Assembly: GCA_011109175.1 (NCBI GenBank)
Contig: RDEW01000113.1
Location: 40,011 to 72,791, forward strand
Source: Dicyema japonicum
Lineage: Eukaryota; Animalia; Dicyemida
Length of the DNA: 32,781 nucleotides
Direction: 5' to 3'
The notes beneath the pieces are model-generated. The model had not been told where the DNA came from and did no database searches. It worked only from the letters and a program-made list of their open reading frames with translations. Shown here in pieces: positions 10,600 to 19,949 of this stretch. A program made the translations under genes and the position numbers. Position 1 is the first letter of the stretch; every line of letters starts with the position of its first letter.

Positions 10600-11910
10600 A
10601 TAGTCTCATCCTCTAGGAGGTTCATAAATGATACCATAAACGTGGGGATTTTTATTACTTTTCTGTGAACACTCGTTTATTCCCTTTCTCAGTGAGTGAA
10701 TCGTCCACTGCTCGTTTAAGTTGACAAATTCACCTAATTTTTTCCGTTTTCTAGACTTTTCAGAACTCCCCTGAGTCTCCTTTTTATTTGTATCAATCGA
10801 TTTCTTCCTTTAAGTGACAGATCCGTCAGTTAGTTCGTCTTTTTTAGACTTGAGATCCTTTTAGTGGTCCCAATCATCTTTTTTACTTGTTTTCTTGCTG
10901 AGGAATTAACTTCTGGAAACTATGGTCCTGAGAATGATAATTTTCTGTGATTCTTACTGTGGAATTAGTCGGCGGATTCTGTGATAAGACTTGATTGTCT
11001 TCTAGACTTTCCTGGGAGAATATAACTTCAGTTCCTCTGTTTTTCAAAGAATTTTTTCTGTTTCACAGCTTTCGTTTTCTTATAATGTCACAAAAGCCCC
11101 CGTTTCATGACCCTAGGATTCTCCATTTTTCACAAAATTTCCAGTTTCACAGATCTCAGCTTCCTCAACTTTTTCAAAATTCTTTGCTTCACGGCTATCG
11201 GTTTGTACGGTTTTCGCAGAATAACAGTTTTCAGAGCTCTCAAATCTCGTAGGTAGTTCACAAAATCATCAATTTGCAGAAACGAGTCGTAAGTGCTTTC
11301 CTGTAATAAGCCATAAGCTTCATCATCCACGTGATTGTTATTTCTTGAAGCATGTGCTAGTGTGTCGACATTGTTTCTCAGTGAAGATTCATTCTTAACA
11401 AGTACCTCCTTCAAATATCCACATGGGTTAAGGACTTGGTCATTTTCTTTCTCGTTTTGGACATCCTTTAACACAGAACAATTCTCAACCCCCTCCCAAA
11501 TTACCAAATTTATGTACCCAAAAATAACCTCAAAGTTGGGAATCGACACCTTATCATACATATTGTGTTTGGATAGCAAATTGACATCATCCAAATCAAT
11601 TCACGAGTTTGCTGATTTATAGAGTCTTAACATGGTTCTAACCTTTGTATTACCTCCTGATGTTCTTCCTGTATGTCAGGACGCTCAGACTATGAGTAAA
11701 ATTAGTCACCAGGTAGTAAAGTAGACGTATTTCAAGTCACTTCCAGTATCCTCCGCTACCTCAAGACAATAAGAGTCGATTTCATTAAATTTACCAAATC
11801 AAACAGAATGTTATCAAATTTGCATATTTTGCATAATTTAGCATCTGCTTGCTCGAAATCTGAGTTGGAGAATTATTCGTATTCTAAAATAGACAAAGCT
11901 AACAAACCAT
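10600..11910 (-). pseudogene. Decayed intronless ORF A (~430 codons) with K/E/S-rich disordered C-terminus
   Basis: The 154-aa ORF at 11130-11594 extends on both sides through in-frame stops and few frameshifts. No family recognised. Confidence 0.45.
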
Positions 11911-11989
11911 GCATGTTTTTGTTTTATCCCCCATACTCAAGATGTGGATTCAGACCGTAGGGTTCCGAAAATGTGACTATTTTCTGATA

Positions 11990-12245
11990 TATACATTTAT
12001 TTTATTAACCCCAAAATCACGAGAAAGATGATAAAAGTCATCGTCTAGTTAAGTGATACCAGTCCTTTTCCTGCGGTTAGTTTTGGAGTCCTGGATTAAT
12101 CTCCACAGCCGGGAATGTTTCTTTTCATATCTCGGGGAGGCGTCCATATATAGTCTGATGTGCGGTACGAGTGGATGGTCAGGGGACTTTGCTATCTTAA
12201 GGATTCACAAACTAGCCCAATTTTCACGTCCAAACTAGCCCAGGT
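11990..12245 (-). promoter_or_regulatory. Candidate promoter/LTR-like segment upstream of ORF A
   Basis: On the minus strand: direct repeat tgggctagtttg x2, TATA-like ctatatat, and downstream AATAAA. No second LTR copy was found. Confidence 0.25.
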
Positions 12246-12419
12246 GTCTTCTGAGTAAGGTGGATATGAGTATTACATCTGAAGAAAGAGAAATCTTCAA
12301 TCATGTGACTACATGATGCCTCGTGGCCAATTAAGACAATCATAGTTAAGTTAGTCTATTAAATGCACTCCAGGGTTCCATTTGTGCTGTGCTCTTTACG
12401 ATTCGCTCTATCTTTCGCA

Positions 12420-12640
12420 CTATGAATTTCCATAAACCTGAAATGTGGAGATAGAGCAAAAAAATTTTTTTGACTCGCTTACAAACGAGATGGGGCAGAT
12501 GCTTGGTTGCAAGGTACTCATTATTCCAATAGTAATGACGTGGGAAGGAATTGCAAAAAGTACCACAAAGGTTATCTTGTCTGGGAAGCGGAGATCGAAG
12601 GAGAACTCGTCGCTAGAAGAGAAATATGATAAAAAGTAAT
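12420..12640 (+). mobile_element. 3' fragment of an RLE-type (R4/NeSL-like) non-LTR retrotransposon
   Basis: Reads VEIEQKNFFDSLTNEMGQMLGCKVLIIPIVMTWEGI..KYH, an RLE C-terminus pattern. Homologous to 16860-17165 on the minus strand. Confidence 0.65.
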
Positions 12641-12768
12641 ATTTCCTAATTTTATATTTCTTTAATGTTGAAATAATTATCATAATTTGTTAACATATGT
12701 ACTTTGTTCTACATACGTATATTAGTTCGTTTATTAATGACTAACGACGTTTCTATTTTATTATCGTT

Positions 12769-13153
12769 ATGGAAGGCTACGATTTTCTCAACAACTCTCA
12801 TTGGGAGGAAAATCAAGAGAATGTTGACACATTGAGTAATTATTGATCTTAATAAAATAGGAAATTTACATAATGACAGATTTAATAAATTATTGGAGTC
12901 TAATTCCAGTATTTCCAATTTATTCAAAGTCGAGCGTAAAAGGTTCCAATACTCCCAAAAGGACATGTCAAACATGATGAATGTACTGGGGTATAGAATT
13001 TCTACTAATACCATTGGACGTTTCGAAAGCGGTACATTATCGCTAAAAAAGATGCGTAATTATAAGGATATCTTTATAATTACACTCAGCTACCTTATTG
13101 ATAAGAACCATTCAACAGAGTGTATTAGAAACATTCCACGTCATAGAATGTAG
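12769..13153 (+). CDS. 119-aa protein with a divergent POU-specific-like HTH domain and no homeodomain
   Basis: Exon 12769-12835, 25-nt intron 12836-12860, exon 12861-13153 give an intact frame. FKVERKRFQYSQKDM...ISTNTIGRFESGTLSLKKM parallels the POU-specific FKQRRIKLGYTQADV...FSQTTICRFEALQLSFKNM. Confidence 0.65.
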
Positions 13154-13381
13154 TTAGATGTATAAAAACTATTTGTAGTAATGATATTTTTGTTTTATGT
13201 TGTAACTAATTGTTTTTAAATTTCTTAAGAATATATGACGTTGTGGCTCACCAAGAGGTGTCATTTGGTTGTGCCTGTGCCCTACACAGCACACATGAAA
13301 AAGAACCACACTATTTCCCTATCGTCTCTCTTCAAGGAGATCTCGATGGCGACCATTGAGCGGGCACGAAGCTTTCGCTCC

Positions 13382-13429
13382 CAAGAATCCCTCCTGACAT
13401 CCGGTGACATTGAACTAAACCCAGGGCCG
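13382..13429 (+). other. 2A-like StopGo (ribosome skipping) peptide QESLLTSGDIELNPG/P
   Basis: Exact match to the D(V/I)ExNPG-P consensus with upstream LL, in frame and immediately before the APE domain. Confidence 0.9.
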
Positions 13430-14736
13430 CAGAATAGACCCATCAGAATCTTACAACTTAACACCAATGGAATCACCTCGAAACATACCGAATTGGCTGA
13501 GTACCTGGTTAAACACCGTATTGACATTGCCCTTCTACAGGAGTCACGTTTGTCTGCCTTCTCCCAAACACCAAAATTCAAAAACTACTCTTTGCTCCGT
13601 TCTGAGCGATCAAATGGATCTCACGGTGGTGGCCTGGTCACCCTCATTCACAACTCCATCCCATTCACGGATACCACTGACCACACATTGACAGCGGCTT
13701 CTGATAAACATATGGAATTGCTATCCATCACCATCAATATTATGTCAACTCCTTACACAATTCTGAATATCTACATTCCCCCTTCGTCTTGCTGCCAGAA
13801 GAGTTACCGACCAAACCTAGAATTCCTTCAACTATACGAAAACATAGTTATTTGCGGCGATCTAAACGCTAAAGATCCACTATGGTTCCGAAACCAGAAT
13901 TCGGACCACAGAGGGAAACAAGTGATCTCTGAACTGGAACACCTAGTGATATTAAATAACCCCCGCCAACACACGAGATGTGGAACACGCCTGGGGATCC
14001 TAACACGTCTCCTGACCTCTCCATATGCTCAGCTCCCCTTGCAAAATCGATCTACTGGGATGTCAGATATGACTTACCCTCAGATCATAACCCTATTCTG
14101 ATCGACATCTTCTTGCATTTCGGACGAACTATGTCGAGGCGAACCTATGTGAACTACAAAAGGGCGAGATGGATCGACTTCACGGTTGACGTCGAAACGT
14201 CGCTGGAAAACTTCTCTGTGAAAATTTTACCTCTCCAGACAAAGCCATTGCACATTTCAACTCAGCCATCCTTTCGGCGGATAGAAAGCACGTCCCTAAA
14301 GGATTCATCCATGATTACAAACTATTTTTCAACAAAGAAATATTGGATCTCATCTGTGAGAGAAGACACCTAAAACGTTCCCGAACAACCAACCAGCAAC
14401 TCCAAGATGAAATTTCTTCCCTAAACAAGAAGATAACCCACCTCATTACGGAGCTCAAAAAGGAGAAGTGGTCCACTTTCGTCTCTCGATTGAATCCAAA
14501 ATCAAAACCCCAAAGTTTCTGGAGATTTATCAGAGAAATACAATCAAATCAAACCGAATCGAGCACAACCCATGGAGGTAGACTTGGAAAGGACAACCAA
14601 ACGAAAGATTTCCACTGCCAGGCAAATGACTTGATGACTCACTATTGCAAAATGAGTCATATTCCAATGAATAAAGAAAATCGACCTCATATTACTAAAC
14701 CCCCAAGGGTAACAAAGGCACGATTCGAAGTATCAT

Positions 14737-16486
14737 AAGTCATGTTCAAAACCTCATTACAAACTCAAGAAACTCACCAGCCACGGGACCCGATCGGATC
14801 AGCATATTCCACCTAAAGCACCTCGGTCCAAACGGGCTCTTGGCACTTAAAGATATCTACGAATTCTCCATCAACAGGTGTTTCATCCCGATGTTATGGA
14901 AGAAGTCGAACATTATCCCAATACTCAAGAACAACAAAGCCTCCTCCTTGCCCTCTTCGTTCAGGCCAATTTCCTTAACATCTGTTGTCTCAAAAATCCT
15001 CGAAAGGATCATTCTTAACGAAATCACCCCCTACCTCGACCTCTCCGACTCACAACATGGTTTCCGTCCTTTACACTCGACCACCACGCACTTACTGACA
15101 CTAACCCAATACATCTCCAACGGTTTCAACAACTGCAAACCCCCGGAACGAACTGTCTTGGCCTCTATTGACCTAACTAAAGCTTTCGACAGAATCTCCC
15201 GTGTGGTCCTCTGCAACAAGATCTATTCTTCAAATATTCCCTCTGTATGGAAGTCATGGCTCACAAATTTCCTCTCGGGAAGACTGGGTCATACGTGTCT
15301 ATATTCAAATCTATCAAGATATCGACTCCTACCAAACGGTGTTCCCCAGGGATCAGTCCTTTCACCCTCACTTTTCAACCTTTACGTCAAAGACATCCCA
15401 ACAACCCAAAATACGTTACTATTGACATATGCCGATGATCTAGTAATCGCATCCAGGAGTGGCGATGTTCGACTGGCCACCGAAAAAGTGCAGTACCACC
15501 TGAACTTGCTATCCGACTGGATGAACTTAAACTGGATGAGTGTTTCCACCTCGAAGTCATCAGCTACCCTGTTCACAACCGATCGAAGACAATTCAACCT
15601 AAACCCCACACTCTCGTTGGGAGACGAACCACTCCCCTTAAATAAATACCCGAAGATCCTTGGAGTTGTCTTCGATCCTTCACTCTGTTTCAACAGACAA
15701 GTGGAGGAAGTAATGACAAAAGCCAAGCGGAAACTTAACATATTACGGGCAGTAGCTGGCCACTCAAACGGTCAGCAAAAAGAAAACTTAACTCTTCTCT
15801 ACAAACAGTTCATCAGGACTACACTCAACTACGCCTCACCAAGTTGGGCCCCCTCAATCTCCTTGTCCCTTTCTCAAGAACTGCAGAAAGTGCAAAACTC
15901 GGCGCTGAGAATAATAACTGGCTGCTTAAAGTCAACCCCCACCGACCATTTACATTGGGAGTCGAAAATCCTCCCGCTCTATGACCACCTGGAAATGCGT
16001 AATTTACAATTCCTACGGCAGTCGTTCGACCCGAATCACCCAGTTCACGCTTTGCTAAGTAACAATAACCGCAGATACATACGCAGGACCCTCTTTGACC
16101 TACAAAGAGCCTTGTCGAAGATCACCCCCCCTCAAGAAGACTCAACTTGGACCCGCCGAATCCATGATTTTATCTCAACACGGGCCATTAGGACACTTCA
16201 ATATAACAAAGTCTTGGAGCGCTTCCCCCCTGATATCAGTCCAACGGAACAATCGCTCCCGAGGAAGATCAGAATCGGACTGGCTCGCCTACGATGTGGA
16301 CACCACCCTTTTCTGGCTGGCAGAGTAGTTCGAGACCTTTTTCCCTGCCCTGGACCACCGGATGCAAAAGTCGAGGATCTCTGGGAGCGGCCTGTCCGGA
16401 CTGCACGCTCTCTGATGGTCGCCGGCTTCCCACTTGCTGACGAAGCCGGGGTTAATAATTTAATTTATATTTTATTATGTAAATGA
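14737..16486 (+). CDS. Reverse transcriptase region of the Vingi-type element (open frame)
   Basis: The 548-aa ORF at 14840-16486 extends upstream through ATGPDRIS. It has the complete non-LTR RT motif set including YADD. Confidence 0.9.
16422..16449 (+). other. 3'-terminal stem-loop of the Vingi-type element
   Basis: Perfect 8-bp stem ccggcttc/gaagccgg with a 12-nt loop, just before the GC-to-AT transition that marks the element end. Confidence 0.55.
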
Positions 16487-16859
16487 AGTCAAAAATCGAC
16501 AACAAATAAATCGAGTAAATTATTTAATTTAAGCGGATTTTAATCCAGATCGCTAATAATCCCCCCGTTCGCTTATCAGAATAGTGTGCCATCAACATCT
16601 ATTCCCCATCTCCACATCAAAGTCAGTCAGATATCTCTGTTAGAGTCCAGTGGGATGTCCACAAGTTGAGAGTTAGCAGAGGTTGAAAAACCCAAACTGA
16701 GGGAAAAACATCTTTTTTAGATAAAACATCGATTTGGGGGAGATTTTATAATTTTAATAGTAATAATTAAATTTCTTTAGTAGTGAACCCCCAAATGAAG
16801 AAAATTAGTAACAAAATTTGAACCCAGCGTTATTTAACCAACAAAAAAGTTAATATCCA

Positions 16860-17165
16860 ACAACCTTCCTCGCCTTGCCTATTGCCAGCCTCCTAGGCAA
16901 GTTCGATTCTGGTTGCTGAAACATCTCCAGGGTGCCTTGTCCAATTGAACCCTCTGCCCATATTGCATGTTTTTGCTCTGCTTCCTATACTACAGTGTCA
17001 GCTTCTCTAATGTCTGCTTTAAAAAATTGACTGTACATAGACCTGAAGTTCCTATCTACCAGTTTTAGACACCACTTTGGTACTTTGTTGCAATTCTTTC
17101 CAACGTCATTACTGTTGGAATAACGTGGACCTCATAGCAAAGCATCTTCCCAATCTCGTCTGCAA
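16860..17165 (-). mobile_element. 3' fragment of an RLE-type (R4/NeSL-like) retrotransposon
   Basis: Reads LADEIGKMLCYEVHVIPTVMTLERIATKY...ELQVYVQSIFLKQTLE. Same family as 12420-12640. Confidence 0.65.
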
Positions 17166-17340
17166 GGAAGTAATTATAATGCATTTGAATGTAGTCAAAC
17201 AAAAAACTCTTAAAAAATTCGTGCATTCACTAAGAAATAGAACAAAATAACATGAAAATAACAGATTTATTTATCAAAAAAATAAAAATCTCAAAATTGG
17301 GGAATTTATGACCCATTTGGGGTCAGACTGTATCTTTACA

Positions 17341-17369
17341 AATTGCATATTTACAGTAAATATGCAATT
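17341..17369. repeat. 29-bp near-perfect palindrome
   Basis: aattgcatatttac-a-gtaaatatgcaatt: 14-bp arms with a 1-nt spacer. Confidence 0.9.
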
Positions 17370-17389
17370 ATAGCCATTTTAATTCATTT

Positions 17390-17719
17390 TTAACAAACAA
17401 ATGATAACAACCACATCAAGCATAACACCTGACAGTTAATCACCTCATAAAAATCATTGATTGACAGGTTATATGTAGCCAGTAAGAGACGCGTAATCAC
17501 CATGGACATATTATGGCTATAAAATAAATGAATTCTAAGTTCACCAATCAAAATGAGATGTATAACGACCAAAGTGAGATAAATATAAATCGGAGTAATT
17601 AAACGATAAAGGAGATAAAGCTCTAGACGTTTATCCTCGCCTATATAATATACACGTTCTCGTCTTTCATGATAGCAATAAAGATCTATGGAGGAGTTAT
17701 TAAGTTTCACAAAATTCAC
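17390..17719 (-). CDS. Hydrophobic ORF, possible membrane-protein exon(s)
   Basis: 109-aa ORF with two hydrophobic stretches and a candidate 28-nt intron. Family not identified. Confidence 0.25.
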   Translation of the reverse strand: MNFVKLNNSSIDLYCYHERRERVYYIGEDKRLELYLLYRLITPIYIYLTLVVIHLILIGELRIHLFYSHNMSMVITRLLLATYNLSINDFYEVINCQVLCLMWLLSFVC

Positions 17720-17959
17720 TTTTTTAGTGCGACCAGATGTCCTAGTTTTTTGAAATAAGACAATGAATTTATGCTATCCCCACTTTCTTGAAAGCAATCG
17801 CACAGAATGTGAACCATTACTGCCTTTTCAAGTGGTATTTGGGTTTCTTAAATAATAAAACTAATTACTGAAATAAGGTTACTCAAAATAGGAAGTGGTT
17901 ATACTTGCCCTCATAATTAATATTTAATAAAATAATTTTTTTTAAATAAAATAATTTTT

Positions 17960-18250
17960 TAACAATTAAACAAATGTCAGTTGAGGAAGCCTGCTGCGTG
18001 GATTGCGAACAATTCCCTCGGAGTATGGCTATTCCAATCTTTTGTCTTAGCCATAACCCTTCTCGTTTATCCCTTTTCTTTCTGGCAAGCAATCCTCTGA
18101 GTTCTCGCAAGAACTCAGCCCTGATTGGACCAACGGCTCCCGATGATTCGGTTGCAACAGGAGTAAATCGGTAGCGATCCCCGAGGCAAGAATATTTCTT
18201 GATTTTTAGGTTCTCCGCAGTCGAAGCAGCTGCTCCATGAGAATAAATAC
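17960..18250 (-). mobile_element. CRE-like RLE 3' fragment
   Basis: Open frame AASTAENLKIKKYSCLGDRYRFTPVATESSGAVGP...FLRELRGLL...WLRQKIGIAILRGN. A further micro-fragment (YFKKLGHLVALKK) lies at about 17720-17790. Confidence 0.8.
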
Positions 18251-18282
18251 ACTGATAAAAGCAATTCAGCGGTATAATTTTA

Positions 18283-18849
18283 ATGAAATTGGCAGTAGAA
18301 CTGGTGTTACTTTTTTGTAATGAAATTTTTCATTCTTTAGGCATTTACTACTTAGTTTTCACTTATAACCAGAACGAGAATGTTAAAAATGTCTCAAGAC
18401 CTCTTAAAGTCTCGAAACATATGGGATCCATAAGGAGTGCGAATTCCACCTTAAATATTGGAACAGCTCAGTATGATGAGAAGGTCAAGGAATGAGAATT
18501 ATATCGAGAAAGGGGAGACTGCAGGGTGGCTTCTGCAGCTAGAAATCATTGTGGAGATTTTTGTGACAACAACGGCCCGCCGATCGATTATACACGTATC
18601 CACTTTAATATCAGAATGTGAGAATTATGGAACTCCTAGCCATTGTAGATCTTCAAAATGTCCACCAAATGACTATGAGAATCATGTAACTTGTCGATTA
18701 ATGTGTAATTCTTGTAATAGTGTGAATTCACTAACTTAGTCTGTCAGGACTTGATCGAAACTCAATGTAGTACCATTAGAGTCTGTTCTGAAAGCCATAA
18801 ATATATTTGTCGAAAAAAATGTTTGTTGACAAACCCTAATTATAAGTAA
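18283..18849 (+). CDS. Secreted Cys-rich protein with about 3 ShKT-like repeats (one in-frame stop; possible pseudogene)
   Basis: Signal-like MKLAVELVLLFCIYYLVF. Candidate introns 18317-18340 (24 nt), gtatccactttaatatcag (19 nt) and gtaatagtgtgaattcactaacttag (26 nt) join the modules (C)ENY..DCR..NHCGDFC, CENY..HCR..KC..CRLMC and CQD..QC..VC..CRKKC in frame. There is a TGA at 18493. Confidence 0.55.
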
Positions 18850-19088
18850 TTCCTTTTTCTTCCAATAACTATTCTTCCAAATCTACTAAGCTAAGCCAGT
18901 CTCAGTAACTACTCATCCATGCATTCTAGGATGTATATAACCTACATGAATAATTTAACCTTATTACTCGATAATCCTCAGTTCTTATATTTCTAAGGCA
19001 CCTCGGTGATTTAACTTTCCAAAAACCAACGGATTTAACTTTTTATTTTTAATAATACTCATAGAAGGGCTGATATCTTTCTTTACAT

Positions 19089-19511
19089 TAGTGGTTCTCA
19101 ACCTGGCGTCCGCGAAAGATTCCAAGGGGTCCGTGAGATACTTCTGAACCTTTATTTATCAGAGTATGTTTGTCGACAACCGAGCCTCAAATTGAAAAAA
19201 TTGCCTCAAAAAAACAACATCAACCTACTCATTTATTTTATTTCCTTTTTTAATAACAAATCGTGAGACCCGGTGGCTACTCCAGTTGATCTCTGTTGCA
19301 ATCGTGAGAGGCAACGCAACGTCGATAATGTCGGCGGGGTCCACTTTGGATGGATGGCAGTTTTAAATATGCATTACTGGGGATAAATTAACTGATTATT
19401 TTATTTGTTTCTTAATAACAAATTGTGTTTTTAGAAAAGTAATAATTTTTTGACAAAAAACTTGCAAAAGTATGTTGGGGGTCCGCGACCAAAAAAGGTT
19501 GAGTTCTACTG
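19089..19511. mobile_element. Non-autonomous hAT (Charlie-type) MITE
   Basis: TIRs tagtggttctcaacct (19089-19104) and aggttgagttctactg (19496-19511). 8-bp TSD ctttacat/ctttacag (7/8 match). Confidence 0.85.
19262..19365 (+). mobile_element. CRE-like 3' tip nested in the hAT MITE
   Basis: Reads ETRWLLQLISVAIVRGNATSIM, the terminal RLE helix motif. Confidence 0.65.
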
Positions 19512-19949
19512 CTTTACAGGTTTTTTACCAAAAAATTTTCAACTTTCGTGACAGATAATTTATTTGAATTTTTTATGAAAAAAACAAAAATTTCTTCCAT
19601 GTTAAACTTTGTCAAAAAATCGCTATACTCTAAAATTTTTTATTAAAATTTGAAGCAGGAATTCCTTCACCAGAAATTGTTTTAAAAGATTGTTCATGAC
19701 GCTTCTAATGTACAACCTCCAATTTGGTGTCGCAGCGAGAATACCATTCCAAACTATTTCTCTATGATGCAGTTAAGTATAATGACAAGGTCAAGTGGGC
19801 CTTTGATGTGTTCGAGGCTGCTACAAGAAATTTAAGAGAATTCCCCGTGGAGGATGGCCAATGATTACACGTGCCTTTAATAAAAAATATTCTTACGTCC
19901 AAATTTTTTTTTTTAAATTGACAATTTTAATTTAAAAATTAAATTAAGG

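Larger units (their letters stand above)
13235..16460 (+). mobile_element. Near full-length Vingi/Ingi-type non-LTR retrotransposon: 2A peptide + APE endonuclease + RT, no ORF1, no RNase H
   Basis: APE motifs ILQLNTNG, ALLQES, GGGLVTLI, NIYIPP, GDLNAK, SPDLS and SDHNPI. RT motifs FRPISL, QHGFRP, DLTKAFD, GVPQGSVLSP and YADD. Vingi-type C-terminus LARLRCGH...LFPCP...EDLWERP. At least 4 frameshifts (near 13980, 14220-14340 and 14735). Confidence 0.9.

Noticed and set aside
7845-10620. Shared cctcctagag motif downstream of both decayed ORFs as a viral gene-end signal
   Set aside because: A single 10-mer match within several kb is expected by chance.
11945-11975. Primer-binding site after a putative LTR end (gtcaca-ttttcggaaccctacgg)
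   Set aside because: It lacks the TGG start, I cannot match it to a tRNA 3' end, and no partner LTR was found near 7400-7990.
13282-16328. Short ORFs overlapping the LINE (13282-13581, 13467-13691, 15031-15219, 15201-15425, 15247-15438, 15382-15741, 16095-16328)
   Set aside because: They are antisense or alternate-frame shadows of the APE-RT frame with no motifs.
16460-16800. Missing POU homeodomain exon beyond the LINE
   Set aside because: No RKKRT/WFCNRR-like sequence was seen on either strand.
17390-17600. GPCR TM1-TM2 resemblance (LIGHN...NLSINDF)
   Set aside because: The loop is too short and the remaining helices are absent, which is insufficient for a call.
3840-18849. Ciliate host (tiny introns) with TAA/TAG=Gln
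   Set aside because: The spliced kinase C-lobe, POU-like and membrane-protein frames have no internal TAA/TAG, and the latter two end in TAG and TAA, as does the ShK-like gene (TAA). The standard code fits.
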